Origin: Phyllosticta citribraziliensis
Lineage: Eukaryota
NCBI RefSeq assembly: GCF_038025025.1
Contig: NW_027117352.1
Coordinates: 434,001 to 498,000, forward strand
DNA length: 64,000 nucleotides
Direction of reading: 5' to 3'
Position 1 is the first letter of the stretch; the number at the start of each line of letters is the position of its first letter. The notes below the pieces were generated by a model. That model did not search any database and was not told the DNA's origin. It saw nothing but the letters and a program-made list of their open reading frames with translations. A program made the translations under genes and the position numbers. Below are positions 1 to 13,232 of this stretch, piece after piece.

Positions 1-166
1 GCAGGTTCATGTTGGCCCGGTGGAAGTCGCCCAGCCTGGACTCGAGCAGGATGCGTCGAGCCATGCGCCAGCCGGTCTCCTCATCGCCCTCGCGGCATTT
101 CTGCCAGGCTGCCTCGCAACGCGCTTTGATGGCGAGGTTGAAGTTGGACTGGGTTGGGGATGTCAT
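1..166 (-). CDS. Hypothetical protein, 5' part only (runs off the window)
   Basis: gccATG at 166 opens MTSPTQSNFNLAIKARCEAAWQKCREGDEETGWRMARRILLESRLGDFHRANMNL, open to position 1. A pyrimidine-rich 5' region lies upstream on the minus strand. Confidence 0.55.
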   Translation of the reverse strand, partial: MTSPTQSNFNLAIKARCEAAWQKCREGDEETGWRMARRILLESRLGDFHRANMNL

Positions 167-1598
167 GGCGTTCGTGGGTGTGTTGAGAGAAGGGTGGCGA
201 GGAAGAAGAGAGGAGAGAAAAAAGCAGAGGTGTGGGCGCTGCTGGTAGGGAAGGAGTGATGGTGAGTAAGAGAAAGAGACAGGGCGGGGGGACAAGGAGA
301 ATTGAAAGTGACTGTCGCTCCTCCAGTCGCGCCGTTTGTCCTGGCGATACAAGGTTGCCTCAGGAACACAAACCCACGGTTTTACAGCTCTTTGCCCAAT
401 CGATGACTGTGACCTAGATGATATTTTCTGCCGCTATACTCCTACTGAGCTAAAGCGGCCAAGCACACTTGACTCTGGATGCAGCTTCTCAAGCGCCAAC
501 TCCTCATGCAACGGCTTCTCAAACATTCCTGCTTTTCAAGCATTGCCTTCTTCAGTGCAAGCTCTAGACAGGGAAAAGAATTGTATGAAGTTGTCCGGTC
601 CTCAAGCAAAGGCTGGTACGAGGGAAACAGTACTGTTGTTGTAACCAAGGTCGACCGATTATGCTAACCTCAAACAAATGGAAGCAGTGCGAAATCCGCA
701 CACCACTGACAGCAAGAGCTCACGCCGTGCAAACAAAAACTTTTCGGCACTCATATAAAATGTCGTCCACGACCACCACACCCAAGTCGCCGTGTAAGTG
801 GGCTGACCAGAGGTGACTGTCAACGGACAACGTCAAGTCTTCAACTAGACTGACCCGTCCATCCTTCTCCGCCTTCTTCCAAGCTCCCCGCTTCCCTTCC
901 AGCTTCCATTTCTCTTCAACCCCTTGGCTTACGTGCGCACTTACGTGAAACAGCTTTAGATCATCTCTGACATACGGGTCAGTGTCGTTCCGGTAAGAAG
1001 CAAAGGGTCCTGATCAAACTTCCATCACCAAGTTGAGCTTTGGGACTGACCAACGCGACAGGTGTTCTCAAACCCCCCCGGCGCTTCATTCACCAACGTC
1101 GAGAGCGTTTCGCCTCACAGCCCCACATAGTCAAGCCGTGTCTTTGGAAAGGTGCCGATCACAACTTCAGTGGTAGTTGAATCGAACACGGACACTTTCA
1201 GACAGGTCAACTTCAAAGCGCCACCGTCGGGGCCGTTAGGATGTCACGGATGCGTCGGTGACGTCTCCCGATCCAAAGCGCAACAAGGGCAAAGGCCCTC
1301 GGACCCTCGACAGTGACTACGCCTAGGTAGTACTCAAGTTGGTTGATGGGCAGGTAAGTATGTAGATATCGCTCAACCCAGCCGCCGCCGCCCATGCGCT
1401 CCCGGTGCAAATATCAAAAAGGACCAAATCATTGATCTGGCCGCTCTGCCGCCGTTCCTCTCTGTCTGCCTACTTACCTGTCTGTCCGTCCATCTGTCTG
1501 TCCGTCTGTCTGTGTATATCGAAATCCAAACCCAGCAAAGCCCAATCCCAACCCCAACCCCAAATCGAAGCCAATTCGAAGCTAATTGTGCGGAAATG

Positions 1599-1726
1599 CC
1601 CCTCTCCCTCTCCCTTTCCCTTTCCCTCTCCCTCTCCCTCTCCCTCTCCCTCTCCCTCTCCCTCTCCCGCGCCCCCTCTCGTCACACTGAGGAGCAACAA
1701 CAACAGCAGCAGCAGCAGCAGCAGCA
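1599..1726. repeat. Microsatellites (CCCTCT)n and (CAA/CAG)n downstream of cmkB
   Basis: Directly visible tandem hexamer and trinucleotide runs. Confidence 0.9.
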
Positions 1727-1738
1727 TCCACAATCAAA

Positions 1739-2608
1739 TTACCTCGCCCTCCACATGCCCTCCTGCGTCTCGCGGATCCGGCGCTCCTGGCTCCGAATCA
1801 TCTCCTCCGTCTGCCCGCGGCCATCAGCACGGCCATCAATATCCATGCGATCGCCGTCGGCGTCGCCGTGTCCACCACCACCACCGCCAGCATGCTCCGG
1901 ATCCGGCTGCGCCTCGCCGCCGACAATGACCTCCGGCACAGGCGGCGCGCCGCGGGGCGGCTCATTCGAGCGGGCGCCATCCATGACCGCGGCGCCGCCG
2001 CCCGCGCGCAGCTGATTGATGGCGCGAATGGTATCGATCGCGGCGTGCAGGGTGCGGCGCGCATTGAAGTTCTTCTTGACGGTGGGCAGCAGGTCCTCCT
2101 TGCCGCCGGCGGCCGTGGCGACGGAGTTGGTCGAGGGATCCGCGATCCAGGGGTGCGAGAGGGCGTCGTGCGACGACATGCGGTGCAGCGGGTCGACGGT
2201 GAGGCAGCGCCGGATGAAGTCGCGCGCCGTGCTGGACACGCCGCGCCAGTATTCCAGCGGCGTGAAGCTGTAGTCGGCCACCAGGATTGCTTGCATTTCT
2301 TCCAGGTTGCTGTCTCGGTCGAAGGGCGTGTAGCCGCAGAGCAGGAAGTACGTTATCACGCCGATGGCCCATATGTCGCTGCGCGAGGGGGTTGGTCAGT
2401 CAGATACGTTGAAAGTGGGGAGGGAAAAAAGAGGGTGGTCATACACCGGCTTCCCGTGGCCCGTCTTCTTGAAAATCTCGGGCGCCATGTAGCCCGGGGT
2501 GCCGCAGGTGGTGGTCAGGACGTGGAACTGCTCCTCGTCCATGATACGGCTGAGGCCAAAGTCGGCAATGAGTAGGTCGGCGTTGTCCTCGGGCGTGCGG
2601 AACAGCAG

Positions 2609-2642
<34 letters not shown>

Positions 2643-3127
2643 TGGTCGTGCAGGTACGCAACCGCCGACAGCGTCGCGCGGATCAGGTCGGCCGCGTCCG
2701 ACTCGTAGTAGCTGCCCTTGCGGCAGATGCGGTCGAAGAGCTCGCCGCCCAGCGCGAGGTCCGTGACGAGGTATACTGCCGGGCTGTCAGTCTGGTCGCA
2801 TGTAATGTCTGCCCATCCTCTCCCAAACTTACGGTTGTTCATCGTCTCGAAATAGTCCACCAGCGTCAGGATGTTCTGATGGCCCATGGAGACGCGCTTG
2901 AGCACGGCAATCTCATTGCGCACCATGTGCTCGCGGCCGGCCATCAAGCGCTTGTTGATGACCTTGGCGGCGTAGTAGCGGCCGGTGTCAATGTGCACGC
3001 ACTCCTTGACCACCGAGTAGCTGCCCGCGCCCAGCGTCTTGCCCGTCTTGTAGCGGCAGGGTTGGATGGCCGCCTGTTGTTGCGGCGTCGTCATCTGGGG
3101 CGCTTTGCCATTGGACGTTGCTGCCAT
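1739..3127 (-). CDS. cmkB: Ca2+/calmodulin-dependent protein kinase (CaMKI/CmkB type), 3 exons
   Basis: Motifs LGAGSYSVV, HRDLKPEN, DFG and CGTPGYMAPE, plus a C-terminal FNARRTLHAAIDTIRAIN CaM-binding helix. GT-AG introns at 2776-2832 and ~2379-2444. ATG at 3127 (the ORF track starts at an upstream TTG). Confidence 0.93.
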
Positions 3128-4637
3128 GGCTGTGGTGGTGGTGTTGCGCTGTGTCAATTGGTACGTGGTGTTGTTGGAGCTCCAGTCGACGCCTAGTCAA
3201 AGAGCCAGCTAAATAATTGATCTTCTTTTCAGCCTCCTTTGCCTTGGAATCGAAAAAGTGCTTCCTTCTCTTCCGGGTCTTGTCTCTCGCCTCGTCCCGT
3301 CCCGTCGGGTACGCGCCGTCGAGTCGGGTATTTTGATATCTCTTCCCAATCTAGCAACCGAGCAAGCAGCGAGCGGCGTTTTCCAAAAAGCGCCGTCTGT
3401 AGCCTCACAACCGTGTGGAAGCTATCCAAATCCAACACAAGACCAAAGATCTCCCAAATTCTCAGGTCTTTCCCTTTTTCCCCGTCTGTTCCCTCTTTTA
3501 TTCCTTTCTCTTCCTTTCCTGTACTATCCACAGCTCTCGAAACAAACCAGCCCGACCGTATCTGTGTCTCAAAAACCGACCCAACGACGACTGGGGCGGC
3601 GGGGTCCGCAGAACGAGTTCGACCGTCCTCTGCGCTTCTGGGCGCTGTGGTCGAGCTCGGATTGGAGGTCGAGTAGGGGGAGATATGGCGAGCGAGCGCT
3701 GCCTCCGTGGACGAGGTGCTGACGAAGAAATCTGGTCGCCCAGGTGATTGGGCGGTAGTCCAGGTAGGTATGCAGATTGCGCGCTGGCGGGCAGGCAGGC
3801 TGGCAGGCAGGCTGGCTGGGTCGATTGAGCAGGGTTCCGTCGGCCAGTAAGCAGGCAGTCAGTGAGTCCGAGCAGCTGGCGAGCGCGGTCGAGAAAGCGA
3901 GCGGTGCGCGGTGCAACAGGGCTGATATCGACGCTCAGATTATTCACAGGAAAGGCCGTGGGAGGTGGAGGAGAAGGCGGTGGTGGTAGCGGGAACAGTG
4001 GCAGCTCCGCAAGGTGTCAGTCCGTGTGTCCTCCATCAGGCTGAGATGGGCACCTGCACAGCTGCAGACCAGTGAGAGGTGGGCTGGCTCTCCGTCCCCT
4101 CCCTGTCCGCGGCCGCCGGGTAGCATGGGTGAGGTGGGGTGAGCCGTGAGGCAGCCCTGCCTCCACTCACCACAGCCCATCTGTCACGTCAAGGTAAACG
4201 CGTGTAAGCTTTGCGTGGCATGTATAACCCACAGCCAGAAACGTCATTGTCCACAAAACAACGTGAGTGTATAAAAATTCAGATCAGAAGTGCATTCCCC
4301 TCCTCATCCTCCTCATTCGCTATTTGTTTGCTTGCTTGCTTACTCTGTCTCTGCCTATACCTAGCCTGCCGCCATACCGAATCCCTCCGTAACTCGTAAA
4401 CTCCAGTCAACGAATCAACCGAGGAAAAAAGAACAAAATCCGCATCAATCCCTGCCCATCTCCCCTCGCGACTCCTAGACTACCTTGCGCAAGAAATGAA
4501 AAGGGAACAAGGAGGGGGAGAAGGGAAGAGTGAAAAAGACAAGAAAACGGAGCAAAAACAGCAGAACGCCATGGCCTCTTTCTCGCCTACACCAATAGTC
4601 CTGGGTAGAACTGACCTACTTCCTTCATTCGTGTTGT

Positions 4638-4710
4638 TGATGATGATGAAAATGATGAAGAAAACGACGATAGGGATGATATGATGATGATGATGATGAA
4701 AATGATATGA
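4638..4710. repeat. (GAT)n-rich low-complexity tract
   Basis: Visible gatgatgat runs downstream of BSD2. Confidence 0.75.
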
Positions 4711-5018
4711 TGGAGAAGAGAAGTGAGAAGAGAAGTGAAGTGTTTTGGCTCTTCTCTCACACACCCAAGGTAGGTAGTAGACACGCTGCTGCTGTGCGGT
4801 GCTGGGCTCTAAAATCAACGGGACCTCATCAGGACCGCAAATTTCTCAGCTAGCCCCGAGACGCTCCTCTCCTCTCCTCCCAACACGCCTGCCTACGCCT
4901 ACGCCACGGCACATGCACTGCCGGCATCATAACCAGCAGCAGCAGCAGCAGTAGCATTGGGTGCCAAAAACAAACGAAAATAACAACGCCGCCACGCCAG
5001 GCCAGACCACGCCAGCTC

Positions 5019-6257
5019 CTACACGGCCGTCCCCGGAGTCTCGCCCTCCGCAACGACCGGCACGTTCAACCCGCGATTCGAGCTCTGCAGCACCAGCTGC
5101 TCGTGCCTGCGCGCGCGCAAGAAATCCGACACGGACCGTATCAGGATGAACCAGCCGACGATCATGAGGATGTAGGCCAGCCACTCGCTCGTGCTGATGC
5201 CGCCCGCGCCGCCGCCCATGCCGCCGTCGCCGGCGCCCGCCACGTCGTCCGGGTCGAAGTCGACCGTGTTGGGGTCCTTGGGCGGGTCGCTGAACGAGCC
5301 CGGTGAGGCGCTGCCACTGCTGCTGCTGCCGCCGCCGCCACCAACCACGTCCGAGCCTGATGTTGCGGCGCCTTTCATTGTGAAGCCATATTGCACGAGG
5401 GTGATGCCGAGGCCGGCGCGGGCGCCGTTTTTGGCCGCGTGCGTCGTGTGGAGCAGGTAGGTGAGGAGGAAGCCGACGAGTTGGAAGGCCATGCTGATGA
5501 TGGCGTTCCAGATGAAGGAGAAGACGGAGCCGACGGGGAGGCCGTCGACAAACACTTCGTCCGTGTGCAGCCCGGGGGCGAGGATGGTGGTTTCCCAGTA
5601 GGGAGGCGTTGCGTCTGCTGCTGCTTGCTCATACGACTGGAGTATCGTCAGTACAATCCCATATCGTGGGACTAGGCATACGCACCGGAGGCTTCTCCTC
5701 CACTTCTTCGCCTCGCGTCGGCTTTGCGCTCAGATTGGCAAACACGCCATCGTTGCCCACGCCGCCGCCCACGACCCGCCCATTCGCGTTCGCGCCGGGC
5801 CCAAACGCCGGCAGCTGAGTGACGCGCCGCTCTACTGGCCGCGGCGGCGTGAGAGTGCGATGCTGCGAGCTCGACTCGCCACTGTCGCTGCTGTGGTCTC
5901 GGCTCGACTCCGGCTGGCCGCGCATGAGGCGCTGGCGGTCGTCGGGGCCGTCGTGGTCGTCGTCCGAGTCGTCATCGTCCGACGGGCTGGCAAACGTGTC
6001 TTCGAGTTCGCGGTCGGCCGTGGTCGGGGCCTTGGGCCGCGGGGACGACGAGCGGCTGTGGAAGGAGGGAGGTGGCGACGAGGGTATCGGGTAGTGCTGG
6101 TGCTGAGGTGACAGCGACGCAGCGGCCGGGGCGTTTTCTACGTGATCATCGTCGTCGTTGGCGGACAGCTGCAGCGGCGAGCGTTAGCAGGGGGCAAGCC
6201 GGGGCGGTGGTGTTGGGTTGGCGGTTGTTGTGGGCTTACCCGCTGGTATCGAGGCAT
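5019..6257 (-). CDS. BSD2: Metal homeostasis protein Bsd2 (NDFIP family Rsp5 adaptor), 3 exons
   Basis: The first exon MPRYQR ends at a gtaagc donor. The spliced product gives DGVFANLSAKP..KPPSYEQAAADATPPYWETTI and DGLPVGS..FQLVGFLLTYLLHTTHAAKNGARAG, with three TM segments. Confidence 0.92.
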
Positions 6258-6937
6258 CCTTCGACGTCGGTCGGTCGCAAAGGGCTCAGGGAGTAGGTAG
6301 TTGGGATCGGTCGGGTTGCGGAAGCGGGGTATCAGGAGAAGAGCAAAATGCAGGGCTCGTCGTAAAAGTGTAGAAAGGCAGACGAGAAAAGGAAACGGAC
6401 AGGATCGGCAAGGACGCGCGAGATGAGGAGCACGGAGGACGGAGGTAGGATGGGGTGGGTTAAGGCTGAGTGCAGTGGTTGTGTTGTCTTCCTTGCCGGT
6501 GGAGGGGCCGGGAGCGACGGACGGGCGACGGGGGGCGCTGTGTTGCGGCGGCTGTCTGGAGTGCTTCTAGACGACACAACAGCCTGGGACGAGCCGCGGA
6601 GACGAGGAGGCCGAGGAGCAGGCAGGTTGCGCAAGAGAGGTAGAGTGCAGGTAGAATCTGTAGAGATGGACAGGCGACAAACAGAGCGAGTGAATGGAGC
6701 GGAGGCTGGGGCTTAGCAGCAGCCGAACATGGACCAAAGACGGACAGACTGCGCCTCCGCCGGGCTCTGTTGGCGCTAGTCCCCAGTCGCGCGCGTCATC
6801 AATCTCATTGGATCTGCATTCTTGGACGTGTGTGCAACGAAAACACAGTCAAGTCCGCAACGACACTTCGCAACAAGCTCCCAATAAATCAATCTGCGCC
6901 CGGCCATTTCTCCAACTCCCCAAGCGCAGCCGCAAAC

Positions 6938-7354
6938 ATGTCGACCGTACGCTGCACTCCCATTCCACCCCATCACCGCCAAAATGAAAAAAATCAATTC
7001 TAACCACCACACGCCCACCAGACCCCCGTCGCCCGCCACTACGCGCGCATCATGGCCAAATGGCCCGCCGACCCACTGCGCCCAGCACTCTCCTTCCAAA
7101 AGGCACTCGCCGCGCACCAAAAGTCTGCCGCCACGCCGCAGCAGCAGCAGCAGAACAAAGACGTCAACGCCCTCTACTCGCTGCTCGACGACCGCTACAA
7201 GCGCGCCTACCCGCTGTCGGCGCGCTTCCTCAAGCCCAACTCCAAGGCCTCGTACTACGACGACCTGGTCGCCGAGCTGGAGCGGAGCACGCATCGCAAC
7301 TGGTGGCAGGGCTTCGTCACCAAGTTGAAGGCGCGCCTGCGGTTTGATTCGTAG
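6938..7354 (+). CDS. CBP6: Cytochrome b translation/assembly factor Cbp6-like, 2 exons
   Basis: A 9-nt exon (ATGTCGACC), then intron 6947-7021, then HYARIMAKWPADPLRP..VNALYSLLDDRYKRAYPLS..LKPNSKASYYDDLVAELE, which matches the fungal Cbp6 pattern as I recall it. Confidence 0.78.
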
Positions 7355-8565
7355 ACGAGGAACGGGCGTGGTAGAGAAAGAACATGGGACTGGGACATTC
7401 GGGAGTACGGCGTTTGGGTGATGCATGTATTCATTTGACGAGTTTGAAAAGGGTTATGTACGGCACTACATACAGTGTCCGGCGTGCGCAGACTAGCCGT
7501 TCGTCCGCATGGCATGAGAAGACGGATACATCCTCGCCATTGCAATGTAAAGTCAGGAATCGTTGCTTGCTATACACAAGGTATCTGGTAGTTGGCTGGA
7601 GGCTGGCTCAAGGCAAGAACACTCACTCATCGCATCGCATCTGTCAAACGGCGCCACGGCGCGGCGCGGCGCGCAAAAAAAGAGTGGAGACCGATGTCTG
7701 CCGCGGTGGAGCTGGAGATCTCCCTGTCTTGGCTTCGTGACGAGCGAGGCGACCATCGCCATCAACATCGCCTGCTCGCGCCGTTGGTCGCCCGTCTAGT
7801 GTTTCCTGGCTGGCACTTACCAGGACTCACGCACTGCCAACCTACGTAGCTCTTCTTGTTCATTTCACAATGTGGGGTTTTGTTGGTTGTCGACGCTAAC
7901 TCGGCCTGATATCTAATGTACAAACAATGCAGCGAGATGTAGGTAATGCAGTCGGCCCAATAACGCGGCCAGGCAGAAGAGGAAGAAACGACAAAACGAA
8001 AGACGCAGCGCCCCCGTCACCGCTGCAGTCAACCCTTTCCCAAGGCCGTGCCAATGAGGCAAGAGGACGTTGCGCGAGGACGACGCTACGTTACCATATG
8101 CATGACAGAAGAGAAAAGAAAGAGGAGCGGCACGAGCCAAACCTCTTTGTGTCTGCCAGATCTGACCTGGCATGAACCCGCCGCTTTACCCAACCAAACC
8201 ACACGCAGCACCGCTCATTATTGACATCAAGCATCCATCCCGTCAGTCAATCAGACGACCGTGTAAAGACAGCCGTCTCTGGATAAGAAAACCGACGCCA
8301 GAAGCTGTGCAAGTGGTCGAATGCTCCACGACAAAAGTGAAGGAAAAGGGTGACTGAAATGTCGACCCAGCAAGGAGAAAAAAGTTGCAAGTCAATGAGG
8401 AAGAGAAAAAAGACTTGCAAACAAAAGGTCTCTAGGGTGGTTGATGTGTCCACGCCGGATGCCCGCTTTCCTGTTTTGTGCAGAGAGAAGTGACCGAAAT
8501 TGAATGGGTGGAAGAAGCTGAGAAAACCAGGCAAAATTAGGACAGCATGACAGTCGCTTGACAGC

Positions 8566-10303
8566 CTATGTCATGTACGGAGCGCGCTGAATGGCAGGCT
8601 TCGTGTTGGCAAGACCGGCCGCAATCTTTTCACGCTCGAGCTTTTCCTGCTCCATCATGGCACGGTCGGCCTTGGTGACACGAGGTTTGCGGGTGGTCAT
8701 GCCCCCGCGAGAGCCACGACCTCCACGAGAGCCGCGACCAGATGCTGCGTCCCCACGTGTCGTGCCGCCTCTGCCTCTGCCTCTGCCACGACCACGAGCC
8801 ACGGTTCCATCGGCCCTGTACACGCATTAGTCAGACGCCAGAAGATGATTGGGAAAGTTCAAACCTTTCAATGGTTGGCTTCTCGCCTTGAACGAGCAGC
8901 GGTCCACTGTAGACGAAGAAGCCATCCTTGGCCATGAGGGCAGACTGAGTCCACGCCAGCTCCGTATCGTCGATAAAGTCGTCATCCTTGTCATAGTCCT
9001 CGACCTTTTTCTTTCTTTGCCGTTTCTTGCCGTCAAGCGTCAAGTCTTCCTCGGCTCCGCCCATTTCAACGTTGCTCTCGTTTTCAGAGAGGTCGACAGA
9101 CATGTCGTCAGCGGAGCCTCCCGCAGATCCCTTTTCCAGCGCAGCAGTCGCGGCGGCCATCTGGCGTCGACGCTCCTTGGCGGCGGCGATGCGAGGATGC
9201 AGGGCGGCGAAGCCATACTTTCTCTCCACCTCCTGAGCAAAGTTGATGGTCACGTTGTTTCTTCCCTTGAGAGGAAACGTCAGCCAGATGTTGGTGCCCT
9301 CTTCCTTGGGCTTGGTAGAGGGTGCGCCTCCAAGCGGCATGCCAGCAAGCAGGCCACTGCCGCTGGGCAGGGGAGGAGCTTCTTTTTGCTTGGATGCTTT
9401 GGGCGGAGCTGTTTGCGCTGGAGCCGACGAGGCCGGCGTGGATGCTGCAGACTCCTTCTTGACCGCGGGTGCCGGTTTGGTGGGAGCCTCCGTCTGCTCG
9501 ATGCCTTCCATGGGCGAAGCAGTCATTGGCGGTGGTTTGGAGCTTTGCGCCGTCTCACTCGGCGGCGGTCCAAAAGGATTCGGCCTTGCCGTAGGGGGAG
9601 CAGGTGACGCAGGCGCGGACGTGACAGACATTGGCGGGTGGAATCGGGACTGCTGCGACAAGTGGGATTGCGAGGGTACGGAAGGAGGATCAATCAACGA
9701 GTTGATCGAGGGCGATGCGCTTGCTCGATTGACGACACGGGCCGGGGGCGAGACGGGCGGCATGCTGCTCGCGTGAGAGTTTTGCGAGGCAGGGACTGTA
9801 GAGGAGCGGATGGGGTCGTATAGCTGGCCGCTGGATGCAGGGCGCGGGACTGACGAGTGGGCAGCGAGGTGAGTAAGGGCAGGGTTTGGGATGGGGTCCG
9901 GGGTTGGGGCGACCAAATCGGTAATCTTGGACTGCTTGTGTGCAGCGGCGGCGGACTGCTGTGGCTGGGCCGACTTGTCATCATCGGCCATCTTTCTTTT
10001 TTTGCGCTGGGTGGGAGGGGCATTAGGGTCCTTGGGAGCGCGAGGCTTGCGGGTGGGCTTGGGCTTGTCTTCGCCGTTTTGCTGTTTTTTGCGGCCGCGT
10101 TTGGCGGGCGCGGTGGTTGTGGGGGGCGCATGGTTGGCTTGGGAGGTGGTGTTGGCGGGTGCGGTGGTGGGGGCTTCAGAGGATGCAACACCAAGCGGCA
10201 GCGGCATGTGGCCGTTGTTGCTGTGGGCTGGAGTGGTAGACGAGGGGGCGGCCATTTCCGGGCTGCCTGGCGGGGAACTCAGTTCGTTTGAACTAGACTC
10301 CAT
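8566..10303 (-). CDS. HPC2: HIR complex subunit Hpc2 (HUN domain), 2 exons
   Basis: Motifs INFAQEVERKYGFAALHPR and YDKDDDFIDDTE...KDGFFVYSGPL. One intron near 8817-8864, followed by an RG-rich tail. Confidence 0.9.
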
Positions 10304-11366
10304 TACGAAAGAGTCCAGACGGCCCTGAACCGAAACAACGACGGGCTACACCAGCCAGAGACGACTCCACCACCGAGACGGAGAGCGGGCTGCGACGACG
10401 TTGCGAGTGGGCGGGCGATGGGAGCAGACGGTCGCAGGCGTAAAAGGAGCAAATGAAGCGGTGGAGCTTGATGGGCGGGATGCGCTGGCGGCGAAAAGAC
10501 GATGGAGCTGATGAGGGCGAACAGCCAAAAGAGAACAGGATGCAGAGGAGAGAGTTGAGAAGAGAGGAGGAGGAGGAGGAGGAGGTGGAGGAGAGAGAGA
10601 CGGCGAAGGCGAAGGACAGGAGGGCGTGCCGTAGACGTGGAAAATAGCTTGCTAGGCAGGCATACGTTTCGGCGACCCTAACCAAGCTGCCGCGGGGACT
10701 GACACCGACCTACGGTATTTACTGAATATCAGCCCTGCCACACTGCACGGCAGTCTCAGGCACGCCCTGTCCTGCGCTGCGACGCCTGCGCTGCCCTGCC
10801 CTTCCCTGCGTCGGCACCGCCCGGCGCGGCTGGAGAGAGGTGGTGCTCTGTCTGGAGTAATAAAGGGACACGGCAAACAGCCCGAGACATGGAGTTTGTT
10901 TCTTCTCACGTCGTTTTCTACTGCTGCACGAACATGATTTGATGACGGAAACCATGGTCGACACCAGCCACAGCAGCCACAGCAGCCACCCAGACGGGGC
11001 GCTAGCGCAAGCGGCTCACCGCCCGCGGCAGCTCACCAGGCACCGGCACTTGAACGGCTTGCAGTCTCCGCCAGTGAAGAGACGCAGTGTCGACATTCAC
11101 GGCGCCAGTCCCGGATTCACTATACAGAGAAGCATCGTAGAGTGGTGGAATAAACTCAAAAGTAGGTGCTGCAAAATGATGTGTGAGTAACCCGAATAGG
11201 AAATTGCCTGTTGTGCTCCTTCCTTGCCCGAGCCACGGCCCGCACCATCCGGTGGCCCCTGCGCCAACTTAGTCTGACCCTGGTCCACCGGCTCTGGGTG
11301 CTTACATGTACCTTGCCTTGGCTGAATGTTCTGCACACCATCTGCCATCCACCTTCACCACCCACC

Positions 11367-12809
11367 ATGTCCACCATCTCCAAGGGCGATCGCTTCCACC
11401 TCAACTTTGACGATCCGGAGCGTGGCCTTCTCGGCGACAGAGTCGATCCTGACAGCGACCATGCCGCTGACGACATTCCCGTCGCCGCGCTGTCCGCCTT
11501 TAGCTTCATTGGCGACGTCCAGGAACGAGCCGCAAAAGCTCCATCCGCCCCGTCGATGAAGGCCACTCCGACTGGCTTTCCCGCACACAAAAAGCGCACA
11601 CGCGTGTCGGCCTTTAAGAAGCAACGGAGTCACCGACCAAGCCAAGACGCTGACGGCGCAACTCCACATGCGCCTGCGCCTGCGCCTGCGCCAGTGCAAA
11701 AATCGCCGTCGCCACCCGCACCACAAAACGAAGAGACTTTTGACGAGACGGAGCGACGGCGCATAGATGAGGAGAATAGGCAGTGTCTGGCTGAAATGAC
11801 GCCTGACGAGATTGAAGCCGAGCGACAGGAGCTGTTTGCAAACCTCAATCCCAAGTTCCTCGAGCGAATGCTGCAGCGCGCAAACCTCGACCAGGGCAGC
11901 AACGAGACCAACTTCACCCCGCCTACTGACGCAACCACACAGCAACAGGAGCCATCCCGAAAACGCGACCCCGCCGCTCCCAAGAAAAAGGTTGCATTTG
12001 CAGAAGAAGAGCCTCTGGAAACCCCAATGGCTCCCAAGCCCGCAACAGTGGTAGACGAAGCAGACGAAGAAACCCAATCCGCGCCATCCATCTCCACCAT
12101 ACAAGAAAACTCCATGCCCCCAACTCCCTCAATACACTTCCCACAACCACCGCAGCCACCAACTCTCGACCCCAACTCGCCCAACTTTCTCGAAGACCTC
12201 CACGCCAAATACTTCCCCAACCTCCCCGCCGACCCATCGTCCCTCTCATGGGCCGCACCGCTCCCGACCCCCGACTCGGCCGCCGACCGCGCATCGCCGT
12301 ATCACCCCTCCCTCAGCACGCTCGACGCCGCCGACATCCGCTTCGACTTCAACGGCGCCATGGTGCCGCCGCGCGCCGCGCGCGCCCTGCCCGTCACCCT
12401 CGGCCTCCACCACCATGGCGCCGCCCCCGAAGCGGCGGGCTACACGGTCCCCGAACTGGCGCTGCTGGCGCGCAGCGCAGTGCCGGCGCAGCGCTGCATG
12501 GCAATCCAGACGCTCGGCCGCCTGCTGTACCGGCTCGGCCGCGGCGAGTTTGGCGTCGAGGGCACCATCGAGGTTGACGGGCCCGAGGTCCTCAACGAAG
12601 GCTACGAGGAGCAGCTCGAGGCGCAAAATGGCCGCGATTTGGCGGATTTGGCGAGGGGCTTGTGGGAGCAGGTTGATGAACATCGCGTTGTGGAGACGCT
12701 TAGTGAGGAGGTTAATCGGCGGAGTGGCCATTTGACGGCGAAGGCGTGTGCAGAGGAGGCGCTGTGGTTGTGGCGGAAGGGCGGCGGTAGGAAGAAGAGG
12801 GCTGTTTAG
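11367..12809 (+). CDS. RBA50: RNA polymerase II assembly factor Rba50 / RPAP1-like
   Basis: RPAP1_N-type IDEENRQCLAEMTPDEIEAERQEL and RPAP1_C-type RFDFNG..GLHHHGAAPEAAGYTVPELALLARSAVPAQRCMAIQTLGRLL. accATG at 11367. Confidence 0.9.
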   Translation: MSTISKGDRFHLNFDDPERGLLGDRVDPDSDHAADDIPVAALSAFSFIGDVQERAAKAPSAPSMKATPTGFPAHKKRTRVSAFKKQRSHRPSQDADGATPHAPAPAPAPVQKSPSPPAPQNEETFDETERRRIDEENRQCLAEMTPDEIEAERQELFANLNPKFLERMLQRANLDQGSNETNFTPPTDATTQQQEPSRKRDPAAPKKKVAFAEEEPLETPMAPKPATVVDEADEETQSAPSISTIQENSMPPTPSIHFPQPPQPPTLDPNSPNFLEDLHAKYFPNLPADPSSLSWAAPLPTPDSAADRASPYHPSLSTLDAADIRFDFNGAMVPPRAARALPVTLGLHHHGAAPEAAGYTVPELALLARSAVPAQRCMAIQTLGRLLYRLGRGEFGVEGTIEVDGPEVLNEGYEEQLEAQNGRDLADLARGLWEQVDEHRVVETLSEEVNRRSGHLTAKACAEEALWLWRKGGGRKKRAV

Positions 12810-13232
12810 GGGCTTCTGTGGGGTGTGGCCGGGAGTTGTTCTCCATTACAGGGAGATGGAGGGAGAGCAGGTTCAGAGTCGAAATGTTGGAAGCGGCAAA
12901 CCTGCTCTCGAAAATCGAAATGCACGTATCAAATGCGCTGCGGCACCGCTGGCTGGATGAGTGGAATGATGGAATAAAGCACTGAATGCCTACATGCGCC
13001 TATGCTATGATGTTTTTCATTTCGCACACAGTTCATGGAGACCAAACAGCAGTCTGAGACTGGGTTGTTCTCCGCCGACAACAACCAATTCAAGAACATG
13101 AACGCAATTAATAAAATGCGTATCCTGCATTGCAACTTTTTCCTTTTCCCTGCCCCCTTATCCTTCTTCCCCACACACGCTCCCTTCCCCCCATCCTCCC
13201 ACCACTTTTATATTCCTCACTCTCTAACCCCC

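Noticed and set aside
1405..1929. Pro/Ser and Gly/Glu-repeat ORFs
   Set aside because: Produced by the (CCCTCT)n and (CAG)n microsatellites downstream of cmkB.
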